This document shows, piece after piece, positions 25,616 to 38,298 of a stretch of DNA of 64,000 nt (the stretch's first letter is position 1; each line of letters opens with the position of its first letter). The DNA comes from Acanthaster planci. Lineage: Eukaryota. The stretch spans positions 1,240,961 through 1,304,960 of the forward strand of contig NW_019091358.1 of the NCBI RefSeq assembly GCF_001949145.1, given 5' to 3'. Below the pieces are notes generated by a model, which was not told the DNA's origin, ran no database searches, and saw only the letters and a program-made list of their open reading frames with translations. The position numbers and the translations under genes were made by a program.

Positions 25616-26299
25616 CTCATAGTGATTCCATGTGCTAATGAGCAGTGTGAATGGCATGAGGGTACCAACAACTGCATGGGTGGATGGCATCCCATACTCC
25701 TTGTTGTATCGGCTCTCCAACTGAACAACCGGTGGCTCCCTTGGACGAGGCCAGCGCAAGATTTCCTTGCACGCCTGGCCAATAAACATACAAAAGCCCC
25801 ACACCATGAGAAGGCGTCGGGTCACCCACCACGAGAGGTTGGCGACGCTGAAACAGAATATGAAGTAGTAGAATGTATCATCACCGAGCAGGGCACCGAA
25901 GGAGAAAATCGCATACCAGAACCTGCTGTGCACCCTGTACCGGTCGGGAGGATCTGGCCCGACCCCATCGGTGGGTCCTTCTTCTCGATCCCGCTCTCCA
26001 TCGCATTTCTCGACTTCGGGCGCTTTGCGCTGCTTCAGCGAGAAGTAGGTAGTTTCTCGGTCTTTGTCGTGGACACGACAGGCTTGGTTGGAGTTTGAGG
26101 TCAAATCATCAGCAATGGCCGCTGCTGCAGACGAGTCCCGTTCCTCGCGGTTCTCAGTAGGTAGAGACCCATTGTCAGCAGTTTTCGAGGCCAGTTCGAG
26201 ACCGAAAAATCGCTGCAATTGGGCCACGTACTCCTCGTTGTAAAGTGGCAAGGAGGCTTCCGGAATTGCTTTCATTTTGGGGAGGGTCTTTGATTTCAT
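25616..26299 (-). CDS. SGPP: SGPP paralogue B, exon 1
   Basis: MKSKTLPK...VAQLQRFFGL...KEILRWPRP (C1)...EYGMPSTH (C2)...NHYE|gtgagc, phase 0. Spliced product about 440 aa. Confidence 0.93.
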
Positions 26300-27026
26300 T
26301 CGCTTGATCCGAAGCGCTCATCCACCATGCCCATCCGGAGATTTCGCAAACCGGCCGCAAGAGGATCATTAAACTCATGCATGCATGGATTAATCATTGA
26401 GCAGCCAGTAAAATCTGACAATGAAGGCCCGTTCGAGGTCGACGGTCAAAATAGTAGCGCAATATCACAACCGGAGGAAGGTACTTATAATAATTTATAC
26501 CGACACCACTTACAGGGTGCACCGTGACTGCCCAATTCAAGGGAAATTTTCGGCAACGCGGGGCGCTCAAAAAGAACCCCTACAGTTTATTTTAAAAAGA
26601 GGAAATTTTGTGGCCCAAGAATTTGTGGGTTTGTGAAAACATGGCCCAGAATGAACTCCCTAGATTCAAGGGCTCCCATCTAAGGGCTAAGCAAAGAAAA
26701 ATGCTACTGAAAAATTGTCCTAACAGCCGGAAAAGGTGGAGGGATGTTATTTGAAAAATGGCTGCAGACAGACTTGGGAACGTTCACTTTTTGGGAGGTG
26801 AGTTTATTTTGGGTAGATAATTAAAAATTTCATTGGTTAACCTACTAAAACTTGAAAATCAATTGAGAGCTGAATGACCCCAGAACACTTTTTTTTTTAA
26901 GAGGCCTGAGGGACTTCAGTTGTCCCCACCGGGCCTGAAAACGTGGTCGATTTTACATTGTCTTCAATGGGGCTTCAAATAGTTCAGTGCACCCTTGCAG
27001 AGAAATGCGCTGGTCATGGATACCAC

Positions 27027-27501
27027 TAGTCTTTATTCCAAGCCGTTGCCATTTTCATGTTCGCGAACGTTGAACACGCCGCGTAAGGGGGCGTATCACG
27101 CGCGGCCAATCCACATGTTCATGTATATAAAAAAACCTAGACTTGCAACACCTTCTTTGTAATGAAGAAGAAGCCAACCAGCGGCCATTTTACCGAGCCG
27201 AATACAAATGTGTGGGTTGGCTCTCTTCATAGACCTGTTTTTTCTCCTCCAGGTCTATGCTCCCTTCTAAGACGTCGGAAGAACAAAGGTGGGCATTGCC
27301 AGGAAAGCTTTGTATTCGGCTCGGTAAAATGGCTGCGAGTGGATTCAATGATCTCTATAAGGTGATTAAGGGCGTTGCGAGTCCAGATTTCATTGTGCAC
27401 GTCCTCAGGCCAACTTCACACGAACAGTTGGCCACATATCTCTGCGGCTGCGGCGCATTAGTGGACCGCGGACAAATAGCAACGTCTTGGAACCAAGGTT
27501 A
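27027..27501. mobile_element. Four nested inverted-repeat elements
   Basis: Inverted pairs at 27031-27055/27474-27497, 27133-27154/27368-27390 and 27181-27208/27309-27336, plus CATAGACC...GGTCTATG at 27228-27259. Confidence 0.7.
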
Positions 27502-30327
27502 TGCATGTCCTTACCATAATCTACATGTACAGAAGTTCATGTAACTGTATGACCTTAGACTGCTGGGTACGGGTAATGTCAAACCTGACCTCAGCTGACT
27601 TGGACGGTTTCAGCAAGTTATCTGTGCTTGAGGAAATGTTTTTCTTCTGGTGACCACGTAAAAGGCTGGTAATGTACATTGTACAGTACATGCCACCATG
27701 GAAGAAATGAGGTACTCAGAATGCACAGGACTGCTCTATTGAAGATAATATAGAACTCAAACTTGAAATTCTTCAGATCAAGTAAGTGGCTTGAAATTAA
27801 GAGACTTGATTGCTACCGCTTGGGCGACCGTGCTTGACTTTGCTTTTGTATTTCAAATCCTGATGGAAATTAGCTAATGTCGAAGGATAAAGCGAAGTTC
27901 TCAATTCTTGTCTCCCCTTTGTGATAATGTCCCGAAACTTCCGAGTCATTGACTGATTCCCTTATTGGGGCTATGCCTCAGTCGACGCTGACGGAACTCC
28001 GACGATGTCCAGACGGAGCTAGGAAAAAGATAAATGTCGGGGAGGGCCCGGGGTAGATGCGAACAGTTAGGTCTCATACGTCAACTTGAAGTGCTCGCAA
28101 AAATATTACTTGAATCACCACTTATTCAACTCACAATCGTTACCCCAGTTCGAGTGCAGCGCACAAGTTTGAATTATTCATATTCAGCAATGCCATTGTT
28201 ATCATAAATTGTAATTCCCTTCCACTGGTTGTGATACCCGTGACGCAGTCGGGTTCCCAACGAAAAACGCTGCACCTCTTAAGGTGTACGAATATGGAAA
28301 TCTGACTTCCCGTTTACTAGCCTACCGTTCAGCCGCTAAATCGGAACGAACATCATGGATCTAATAACTGGCCAAGGCTGTAGACAGGCTATAGATGTAC
28401 GCCGGGGGCCGGGGAGTACCGCAATTTTCTGGGTGGATAGACAGACCACTGCTTTAAGGTGCTGCACTGTATATCTTCTTGCAGATGTTTAAATGATAAA
28501 TGTTCACAGAAAATATTTTCCACAGAACAGAAGTTACCATGGTGCATCAACGTGGACTGGGTTACAGCCTATTTTTTTACACGCCGCATATTAATGAGTA
28601 AAGTTTCCAAATAAGTCTGATATCCTGTTAAAACTGTTAGTGTTACTATGAATATGAAGGTGACGCAACGTACCACACCTAGAAAAGACTGCACATTATG
28701 TTGAGAAACACACCCAACAAAAGATGATTGTGTACCACTATTGAGGGCATATTTCTAGCCTTTCGTGTGATGATACAAACTAAAGCAGTAAGAAGATTAG
28801 CAGTTAAAGTTTTCGTAAGTCCTTGCTTATGCTGAAGATCATGTACCTATATACGTACATTGGCTTAATGAGCTCCGGAAACTGCACCGGAGTGTTATTA
28901 ATGTTCGTATGGCAAACGTGGGTTGTGTCATGTGGCTTAACTAAATAAGTCCTGAGTATTCTTTTTCTTTTTCTTTTCTTTTCTTTTTTTTGGGGGGGTC
29001 AAATAAAATTAATGTTATTTAGTGGCACACACACCCTTGTATTTCCTGCAAAAAAAACATGTGACTCGCGACAATTGCTTTTTTTCATCCAACAAAAGTT
29101 AGGATAATAATCGCCGTAAACCGAGTTGGATGGGATATGCAGTGTACACACATTATGGCCGAGGATGGGCCTTTAGAGACCATTCCGCGTTATTACAATT
29201 CGATACCAGGGAAACATTATTTATGGATTCTGTTTCATTTTCAGTTTAAAACAGCAGCCGAAAAGTGACAAACCAGCAATCGAAGCGAAATCCAAATGGC
29301 AGGGCAACTAGAAAAATGAAATAAATAAAATAAAATTACAATTGCGGGACAGTGAATAGGCTCCAGAATTGCTTTAACCGACCAATTTATGGTTTGTGCT
29401 TTGTCAAAGTCTCAGCTATTGGAGTAATGTGGATTGGATAGTTCAGAAAAAGAAGATGGGTAGAAGCTATCAGCAGGTCTCCCGGCTTGTATTTCTGAAA
29501 AAAATCAACAAAAAGGGGCCATTCAAACTACATACACATGTATGTTGAATGGAGTGCAGACGTTTTGACTGATTTTAGGGGTAATCGGTTAAACCAATAG
29601 AAATTGGAAAAAAATTAACAGATTACGAAATGAGCTTTAATTTGATTTGTTTATTCAACACCAAAGACATTTGTCCCCTTTTTTGAAGTACTTGGGGATA
29701 TCTATCACCACTGTCCGTCACAAGGCAATCAAGCTCAACCACGAGAATAGGAAGTATTGAATAGCCGGTCAGTCAAAACTTTAACTGCGCACGAAAAAAC
29801 TCAATCTAAATATTCCGTGAGACAACATTCCTGGCAGTCTATGTACATGTACTGGTCTATAACCGTGTAATATCTACTTCTTTATCGTGAACAGCGCGCC
29901 CTAAAGTGTGGTGTTCCCCCCCCCCATTTTTTGGGCAGCCTGACGATGTCAGATTTCTGTCATCTCCTCGCCCTTTAGCAGTGCAATCTAGGTTTTGGGT
30001 CTAGGGGAGAAAAATTATTTTTTTTTATTTTGTCCCCACAACGGTTGTCCAGTTATTTTAATGAAAGGTTCCTCAACACACGCCCACCCCCCCCCCAAAA
30101 AAAGAAGACATTTTTAAAATGTTGGAACTTTCAGTCCCTCTAGTAATAGAATAACCCCATGAGTGGCAACATGCCCTCCGTGCGTACGCCACTGTCACCA
30201 CGCCCCACCCAACTTGCAGGCACGTATGAACACCCTTGAGGATGAATAATTTCTGACCGTTACGTCCATTAAGTGTAACTTTAAATCTTTCAATGTTATT
30301 CTGTTCTTGGTTAAGCCTTTTATCAAA

Positions 30328-30705
30328 CATGCATGTTTTTGCGCTTGGTTGTCTATGGGAAATACGCTTCGACTCATTTGGTCGTCAATAATTCATTCCT
30401 GCAATCAGTGAAGTGGCGTCACTTGATGTTTAGGGTGCTCTGGTAGCCACCATATACTTCGATCATATAGCTCTTTGTTCTGATCATTTGAATAAGTTAA
30501 TAGGAGTTATCAGCCATGCATGTTTTTGCGCTTGGTTGTCTACCGGAAATATGCTTCGGCTCAGTTTAGAGGGCGGTCGTTAATAATTCAGCCATACACT
30601 CAATGAAGTGGCGTCACTTGATGTTGAGGGTGCACTGGTAGCCACCGTAATACTTCTACCGAAGTGCGTACTGTTTCAAATTTACCGCAGCTCTTCGCGA
30701 TCATG
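30328..30705. repeat. Tandem duplication of the lectin upstream region
   Basis: CATGCATGTTTTTGCGCTTGGTTGTCTA...GAAGTGGCGTCACTTGATGTT...TGGTAGCCACC..TACTTC starts at 30328 and again at 30515. Confidence 0.8.
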
Positions 30706-31221
30706 GGTAGCTTGAAAATGATTGCTGCCTGTGTATTGGTGGCAGCGCTTGGGTCACAGGTATTTGCGGTGATAGCATGCACACCCTGTCGCCCACCTTG
30801 GGTGAATTTCAGAAGCCACTGCTATCTCGTCTGGTCCGAGCCCAAGACGTTCGACGAAGCCGAGGCCCATTGCCAGGGATTGACCGTCCATGGTAGACCG
30901 TCTCATCTGGCCTCGATCAGAAGCCAGGAGGAACAAGACTTCGTCTCCGACTTGATCGCCGCCACCGTTGATCAGGGCCAGTTTATCTGGTTTGGCTACC
31001 GTCGCGTCGATAACACCCCGAGAGCCTTCGCTTGGGTCGACGGGTGTCGGCTGGGTGACTACACCAACTGGGAGCGCGGTGAGCCTAATGATACTAACGA
31101 GAAGTGCAGCATTTTGTATGATACCGGCAAGTGGAACGACTTCTTTTGCAGCAGGAATTGTGTCTTTGTATGTAAGACGCCGGACCGAATGTCTCAAACC
31201 AACTGTGATGGTCAGAAGTAA
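30703..31221 (+). CDS. Secreted long-form C-type lectin (single CTLD, EPN/WND, echinoidin-like)
   Basis: Hydrophobic N-terminus MGSLKMIAACVLVAALGSQVFA, then CxxxW..F..HCY, HLASI, WFGY, YTNW..GEPND, EKC, KWNDFFC, FVCK. 172 aa with no intron in the CDS. Confidence 0.93.
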   Translation: MGSLKMIAACVLVAALGSQVFAVIACTPCRPPWVNFRSHCYLVWSEPKTFDEAEAHCQGLTVHGRPSHLASIRSQEEQDFVSDLIAATVDQGQFIWFGYRRVDNTPRAFAWVDGCRLGDYTNWERGEPNDTNEKCSILYDTGKWNDFFCSRNCVFVCKTPDRMSQTNCDGQK

Positions 31222-34200
31222 GCTCAAGTAGAGTGACCTTACCGGACGGCAAGGTTCCTGATTATTCCTCATTTGCGTATGTAACTGACAAGACCAGATT
31301 CCAGGAAATGGCAAGAGAACGTAAGCGCAAAATCTGAACGTTGAGTGTTTCGATGATGGGGTACGGCTTCATATCCCAAGAATCTTTTTTTTGTAAATTT
31401 CTTGAACTACACAGAATGATCATGCTCCGCAGCTTCTCGCAAACTGTTGTTGAAATTAACGTGGTTATAATATAATTGGAAACAGGTCTTCAACAATCAC
31501 CCCTGCAACTCACTGTCTCCACACGAATTCTTTGGATTTACATGCTATTCGCAGTTTAGCCCGTTTAGCATCCACTGTTCTGCACAATGACCTTTTATTA
31601 TGGCGTCGACCCAGTATACATTATGAAGCTTTGTGCTTCCATTTACGGTACCCAGCAACATTATGCCACTGTTCTAGGAACCTCGAGGATTTAATCTTTG
31701 ACGGAAGATACTTCAGTTATGAGGAGCAACTTGCTTGAATCCAAGACTGTGTATCGTCAAACGTGATGGCGTGCAAAACTTCACAGCAGATATGTAATCT
31801 TCAGTTTTAATTTACCTAATTGTGTAAACAGAAGTGCTCAATGGTGTACCTATTTGAAGTACATGGAATGACGATCTTCTCTCGCTATTTGAGTAAAAGA
31901 GCAATCATTTTCAATGTAAACGTAGCTTTTGAAAGGAATGACTTAAAGTTACTTAAAGGTAATAATATAGGCATCTGTCCAAGTTTTTCGTTTCAAATAT
32001 TCTCTCCCTGGCGAGAAAAAATAATTTTGTGTTTCTACGATCTCTCTCCTTATAGATTTTCGGTATATGCTCGATTTACACAAACTTAACTTTTGCCTCG
32101 TGGGTATACAAGCTGGATCGTGCCAAGGGATAGGATACAAATTGTGTTCTATATAGTGTCGGATTTTTGTTTTATTTTAGCTTGATTTTCTGGCGCCTGC
32201 CAATTTACTATCTGGCGGCCGACGCACAATGATTTGGCGGCCGTTATTTATTAAGCAGTAACACATCATAGAAATGCCTCAACTTTAGAACTCGGAAGTT
32301 CTGCCATCATCCTCGGACGCGGAGCTGAAATTCCGTAGTCTTTGTCGGATGCAAGATAATATAGGGCGGCCGTCAGAAAAAAAATTTCACCCTATCCTTT
32401 GGCATAACCCGGCTTACGCACGGTAGCCCGGCTCAGCGGAATCTCTAACGAAGTGCATGGCGCGCCACAACTATAGGTTGACTACTTCATAGCCTGGATA
32501 CGAACCATCTCCAGGTCAACACTCAAAACCATTGGGCTACAGGATTCAAATTAAACAATACACCAGTGTAAACTATTACCACCAAAACCTTATTACACAT
32601 CATACGGAGCCTTAAGGTGTCTTTAGCGCCAAATAAAATGAATAAAAGTTCGCCTCACTGCGTCATGGATTGGGTTAAGGCCAAGCATTTGGAGAAAGTG
32701 AACCGTAAACCTAAAACTAATACATTTCAGATACATGCATAATGGGAAAGAAATAATTGGAGACAATTTTCCTAAAGCTTACGAGACGAAAAAATCGTCC
32801 CTTTAATGTGTTTTCAAAAAGGCATCAGTCAAAACAGGCTGTAAAATGCGGGATGGCCAGGTATTTACGATCATAATTAATGTTGTGGAAGGGACCGTGC
32901 AGGTTTTTCTCGTTCTGGTAAGCTTTGCAATTCTATTTTGCGAATAACTTTGTTCCTAATCTTCGATGAACCACAGCATGAAAAAGATGGTTTAATTTCG
33001 AGTATGAAAGAATTAATAGGAGGGAAAATAGAAACTGATTAATGTTTTGTAAGTACGCTTCCTCGGCACTGTGTGCAAAAACGCATTGCTTATTTGTCAT
33101 TCAATCTGATGACGCACTGTGAATGTCAAAAAGACATCCTAATTTGGTTCCTTTACAGCAAATGCGCACTCATTCCAAAATCTATAGCTATGCGAAATTC
33201 TTTGATGAACAAAGAACGCGACTGTGTGCTTAGTTTATTACATTCCATTTAAATTAACGTAGCCTATATTTTATATGCATGCATAAACAACGCATGATTC
33301 TTTTTCCTCACGTTATAAAAAAAATCCAATTTGAATGGTAATCATTTTGAGCAATATTTTAAGTACATGTACAAATAATGCGTTCTCTCGTTGATTCAAT
33401 CATTAATAATAAATGTTTAATTTTCTTCACCCTTTTCTTCTTACGTTATCCAAAAATTATCTCAGTGTGAATGGAATTCACATTGAGAAATATTTTAACT
33501 ACTTGTAAAAATGATGAATTTTGCCGTTAATTTAATCATAAATAATGCAGGTTTCATTTCCTTCATCCTTCGTTCCTACTTTAATTTAAAATCCTGTCGA
33601 ATTTGGGTCTACCATGCAGCGGCTGGTAAAACCATGGCTTGCCGTCAGTTTAAAAGCAAAAAAATAACTCACTAAGTGTTAAAAATCTCACACCCTTATC
33701 AAAACGCTAAATTAATAATTGAACTTCTCAATACCAAATGGAAATATGATCCTCTTTGAAAGTTATGGACAAATGTACGGTACATTCTGATTTAAAATCT
33801 GACACCAGCCAAGAATGATATTTCCGCAACATTTGGCCGCCAACACAAATATGAGAGCAGTCTGTATTCTTTCGTATCTATATCCTCATGTTTATGTAAA
33901 TTATATTTCTGTAATCATGTTAAGGACAAGGTTAGGCCTAAGTGCAACTTGGTGCTTTTTGAATGAATGAATGAACGAACGAACGAACGATTTATTTCAA
34001 TGCTGTCATTCTTTACAATAAGCAAACGTGATTCACATTACTTAAGTACCGAGTACATGGCCATTAACTTGAGCAACATTACATAATGTATCATTTTACA
34101 TTTGATAAATTAGATGACAACATGCTTAAGTGCAGCAATGTTGCGGAAACAGTAAAATCGTTGGCCTGGGAAAAAAATTGAAACGGCTTTCACGTACTAC

Positions 34201-34432
34201 GTGCATAAGTCAATAAATCTACATTGAATTAAATAGGGATTGAAATATTCAAAAATGCTACAGAGGAGATAGATATAGAACCTTTCCCTTAATGAGGAGA
34301 AAATCTTCGGAGTTCTTGTTGCTGACGGGGTAAATGAAAAACATTAATGATGTAGATACCACGAACAAAATGTACGGTGCTCCGGAGCGATCTTGTTCAT
34401 TCCACAAACAGATGAATTATTTAGGAAGTATG

Positions 34433-34471
34433 CTAGTAGAAGAAGGAATCGTCCCAGGTGAATGAGTTCTC
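34433..34471 (-). CDS. Candidate terminal exon of the HHIPL-mucin-SEA gene
   Basis: Polypyrimidine acceptor ccctttctctctgatacag|GAG. Reads ENSFTWDDSFFY* in phase 0, compatible with the donor at 37173. No homology support. Confidence 0.35.
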   Translation of the reverse strand, partial: ENSFTWDDSFFY

Positions 34472-37172
34472 CTGTATCAGAGAGAAAGGGCGGAGACAGA
34501 GCACAAGAATCAACGTGCGGCAGTGGGACGCCATCTCCCATATTCACTTGTTAGTCGCTGAGCGGGAAAGACTATTTTACAAGGACACCTTGCCGACGAA
34601 TCCTGTGACAATGGTAAATCTACATGGTCATTTGCACTGGCCCAAAATACCCAAGACAGTTAAGCCATTCCTATCGGTCCAGAATCCGTCCCGTGGCCGG
34701 TCTTAAATGATTGATGGAGTACCGACTCGAGCAGGTACATACCACATTAACCTGGCTATGGAAGTAAAACTGTTGAACACAACGTTTGAAAATTTATAGT
34801 TTTAAACTTGTTTTGACTTTCCGACTCATAAGGTATATAGAAATGGAAATAAGTATGTGCTTGGCTGGTCCTAAATTTTGAAGACCTGCACTGGATAATG
34901 GCGGCTGATTAAGATGTCCCTCGCCATTGGCTCATCGTGACGCGTGTTCTGCGGCACCTCGCGCAGAGCGTGTCACCCGCAGGCACGCCGGGAACGTACC
35001 ATACAATGGCAAGAGGGGTACTTCAATAAAATAAAGTTAAAGTGCTCAAAATCATTTTAAATATATAATTGTTGAACTTGTTTGACTTTTGGACACACAA
35101 GTTTATGAATAGGAATAAAATGTGCTTCTCACCCCCTCAAAAAAGATCGGCTCAGGAGAATGGACGCTGAACATACCCTCACCTGCGGCTCGGATATTGA
35201 TAGTCCATTCTCCAAGCACACCCCCCTAAAGTGTAGCTTCAATGAATTTTTCGTAGACACAATGCACCTATATTTAATTTATTTAATTAGGCCTAAGACA
35301 CAAAATTGCAATGTGAAGGTTTGTGGTAAAAACTGATTGCAGCTACCCTATAAGAACAACTGTTCCGTGACACTAATTCCATTCAAAACCTAATGCCTTC
35401 CTCCATAGAATGGAAGTGAAACGTCACTGGATTCATTTGCAGACAGAGAAAAAGTGACCACTGCAAAAGCCTGGCGTAGGCCTACTCTCGTCCCAAGTTC
35501 AGTGTACATTCACATACGGCGCCATGTTCAACGTGTTGGCTGCGCGCATTACTGAGCTTGACACCCCTTGCGGTAAGCCGTGCGTTGCAGTTCGTTAGAC
35601 TTGACGATATAGACAGTACGACCAATAACCAAGGTTGACCAAGGGTTTCTGTTTTCAATTGCAATTTTTCAACTTCTCTGATACCATTCTCACTCCCACT
35701 GTGGAAGTGCCTTTACAGTCCAATTTTTCTTTACTTTGGAGAAATCATTTATAACAAACAAAACGTAATTGCGGCCTTCAGCCTCGGGAAATAGGACCAT
35801 CTTCAAATCGTTCAGAGTCCCCAGGGCGCATACACGAGCACATGAAGACTTCATTGCCAGTCCATCTGTGTATACTATTATCATAAGGACATTCAAACTA
35901 CAATACTCACCACAGATGCCTCCTGAACAACGTAAGGTAAGTAGAAGTTTCTGAGCGCACTGCCATAACCCCCGTACTAAAAGAAAGAGCAAAGGACCAG
36001 AGAAGGAAAGGGGAGAAACTAATTGTATGAAATGTAATCTATTCACGACACAGTATAATAGTGTAAAGCTTAATTACTGGGAATGCTTCATTACACAAAT
36101 TGTTCATAATTTGAAAAGGATCACTTCCTTTTATTTAACATCTAGGCTTAGCCCATGATTAATCATAAAGACTGATCGGGTGGAAATACTCGCAGGCACC
36201 CCACAGAGCCTTGGTGTCGTTGACCCCAACTTTACAGCCAATTGAGCCCACAGGTATTCGGGATACAATAGCGGCAGGGGTGCCCTAAAACCCCAATCAA
36301 AGCAGATATTATACGTACGTTTGATTTGTTATTCATTAATTTTTGTATCCGAATTCTATGAGTTAACAATAAATGTGCACTGGCTATGACTGTTGAAACT
36401 TTGAGAACAAAAATCCCCAAACGATTTCGTGTATTGTTATTCAGAAAAAAGAAGAATAACACCCTTTTGGGGGGCGGGCTGTTCAATTCAATATAGACCT
36501 ATAATTTTTGAAGTGGTTGACAAAACAACAAAGATGACAAAGCAAACTTTAAAAAAAATTGCCGGTTTCTCGCGCACATGAGAATCTTTCAAAGATCTGA
36601 CCCGTATCCAGAGCTTATTATGTGACAAATGGTTAAGTGACAAATTAACCGCAGTCCGAACTTCAACATTCATGGTTCTTCGTAAACGTTTTTGATAGTT
36701 TTGTCAAATGTACGCCGCATGCAATGTACGGATGGTATTTCAATGAAAGGGTCTAGGTTGCGCCCTTTTGGGCTATAAAACGCGCGGCTATTTGGAAAGA
36801 TATCTCATGTGCATTATTTGTGTGATTATCAAGGGAAGAAATTTTGATGAGTTTTACACAGGATCGACTGTGTTGAATAATATCTATATTTGCCAGTAGG
36901 TTTAATAGGCCTCTTCGAGTTCATTTGTACTGTAATTTATTTTTAATTGGTGATTGCTGAATGGGGCATTGCGTTCGTTTGTCACGGTATGTGGGCCTAC
37001 GTCTTTGGATCTCATGGCATATCCCCCGAAACAGTCTTATAGATTCCACACCAAACAAGAGGAGAATTTCCGGAGAAACGAGAAGAAAAAGTCTGGTGTA
37101 CCCATTGAACCAATTCTTCAATGGGCAAGAAGGCAACATCTCCCCGCAGTGCTTGTGTTTTTAGCTGCTTAC

Positions 37173-37378
37173 CTCTGTTGGAGGCCGTGTTGCAGATGTT
37201 TCCACGCACTCCAAACCGACAGCTCTATTCCGAAACATTTTGGACGCATATGTTTGTGGCCTTCGACGTTTTCCTGAAATTCGTGCCCATGTCAATATCA
37301 GCACCATGGTCGTGATGACAATAAATCCCCCAAAAGCAGCCAATATGGGGACAACAATGCCGTCATTTCTTCTTACAT
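37173..37378 (-). CDS. HHIPL-mucin-SEA gene: transmembrane and cytoplasmic exon
   Basis: cacag|AT (phase 1), then (D)VRRNDGIVVPILAAFGGFIVITTMVLILTWARISGKRRR: a hydrophobic helix followed by a basic stop-transfer. Ends at GAG|gtaagc, or reads on to TAA at 37163-37161. Confidence 0.8.
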
Positions 37379-37700
37379 CTGTGGATGTGAAAGCAAACGA
37401 AACTACAGGTACGAGGCTGCAAGGAAACGGCGGTTCGACCTGATTTCAACTTTACCTTCTTTTTTGTGATTAAGCCCAAGAGATGTTCGGGTTACTGTGA
37501 ATTGGGTCCGGTCGAACGGGCCAAAACCGATCCGAAACACGGTGGATATAAACCAAATCTGACTGGAAACCGATCATATCTTCATAAATCAGACCCGAAC
37601 CGACATCAACTTAGATAAAACGACCCGAAACGACGCATTACCAAACCACCCCGAAAAAACTCAAACAAGTCGTCTGGCTGGGACAAATCGTCCCACAATA

Positions 37701-37872
37701 TACGGTCTATTTACGATAGCCCGTCTCCAAGAGTTTGCAACGCGTTGGCCAATCACAATGCACGAAATTTGTGGACCCTTTCCAAACGCGCATTGGGTCT
37801 ACAGATTTCGCGTATCGTGATTGGCCAACGCGTTGCAAACTCTTGGAGGCGCACTATTGTGAATCGCCCGTA
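37701..37872. mobile_element. ~170-bp palindromic MITE, copy 1 of 3
   Basis: TACGG...CTCCAAGAGTTTGCAACGCGTTGGCCAATCAC with its reverse complement ending ...CCCGTA. Other copies at 52363-52533 and 52949-53121. Confidence 0.85.
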
Positions 37873-38298
37873 TTTGCCGCTTTCTGTGCCTGAACATAAT
37901 CATTGGCGTTACGCACGCGTTCTTTTGGAAATCAATCTTTACGAGAACTCAAAACTTTAGCGATAATCTCTGTGTGACTGTGCAGAAAAATGTAATGGGG
38001 GGGGGGATTCCCGCATCCTGGACATACCTGGCATAGCAACTCTTCAGTAATAATGCACCGTGTGAATGTCCCAAATTCTTTTTGCCCGGTATTTCTCACT
38101 CTTTTTACCACGATGGCTTCACTGATTCGACCTGACCTGATAATCGCAAACGCAAATCGAAACCGACCTCTCCCAGCTGAAATGGTGGAAAAACCGAGCT
38201 GACCCGAAGTTGAGTTCAGGTCGGGGTCGGTCGGGTAACAAAGCCAGTATTAAAAGAATTTAGGAAAGTCTGCATGGCCGGGCTGGATACAGAGACAG

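Noticed and set aside
35851..35925. Possible micro-exons (EASV, MDWQ*) for the cytoplasmic tail
   Set aside because: The implied intron of about 45 nt is very short and there is no other support.
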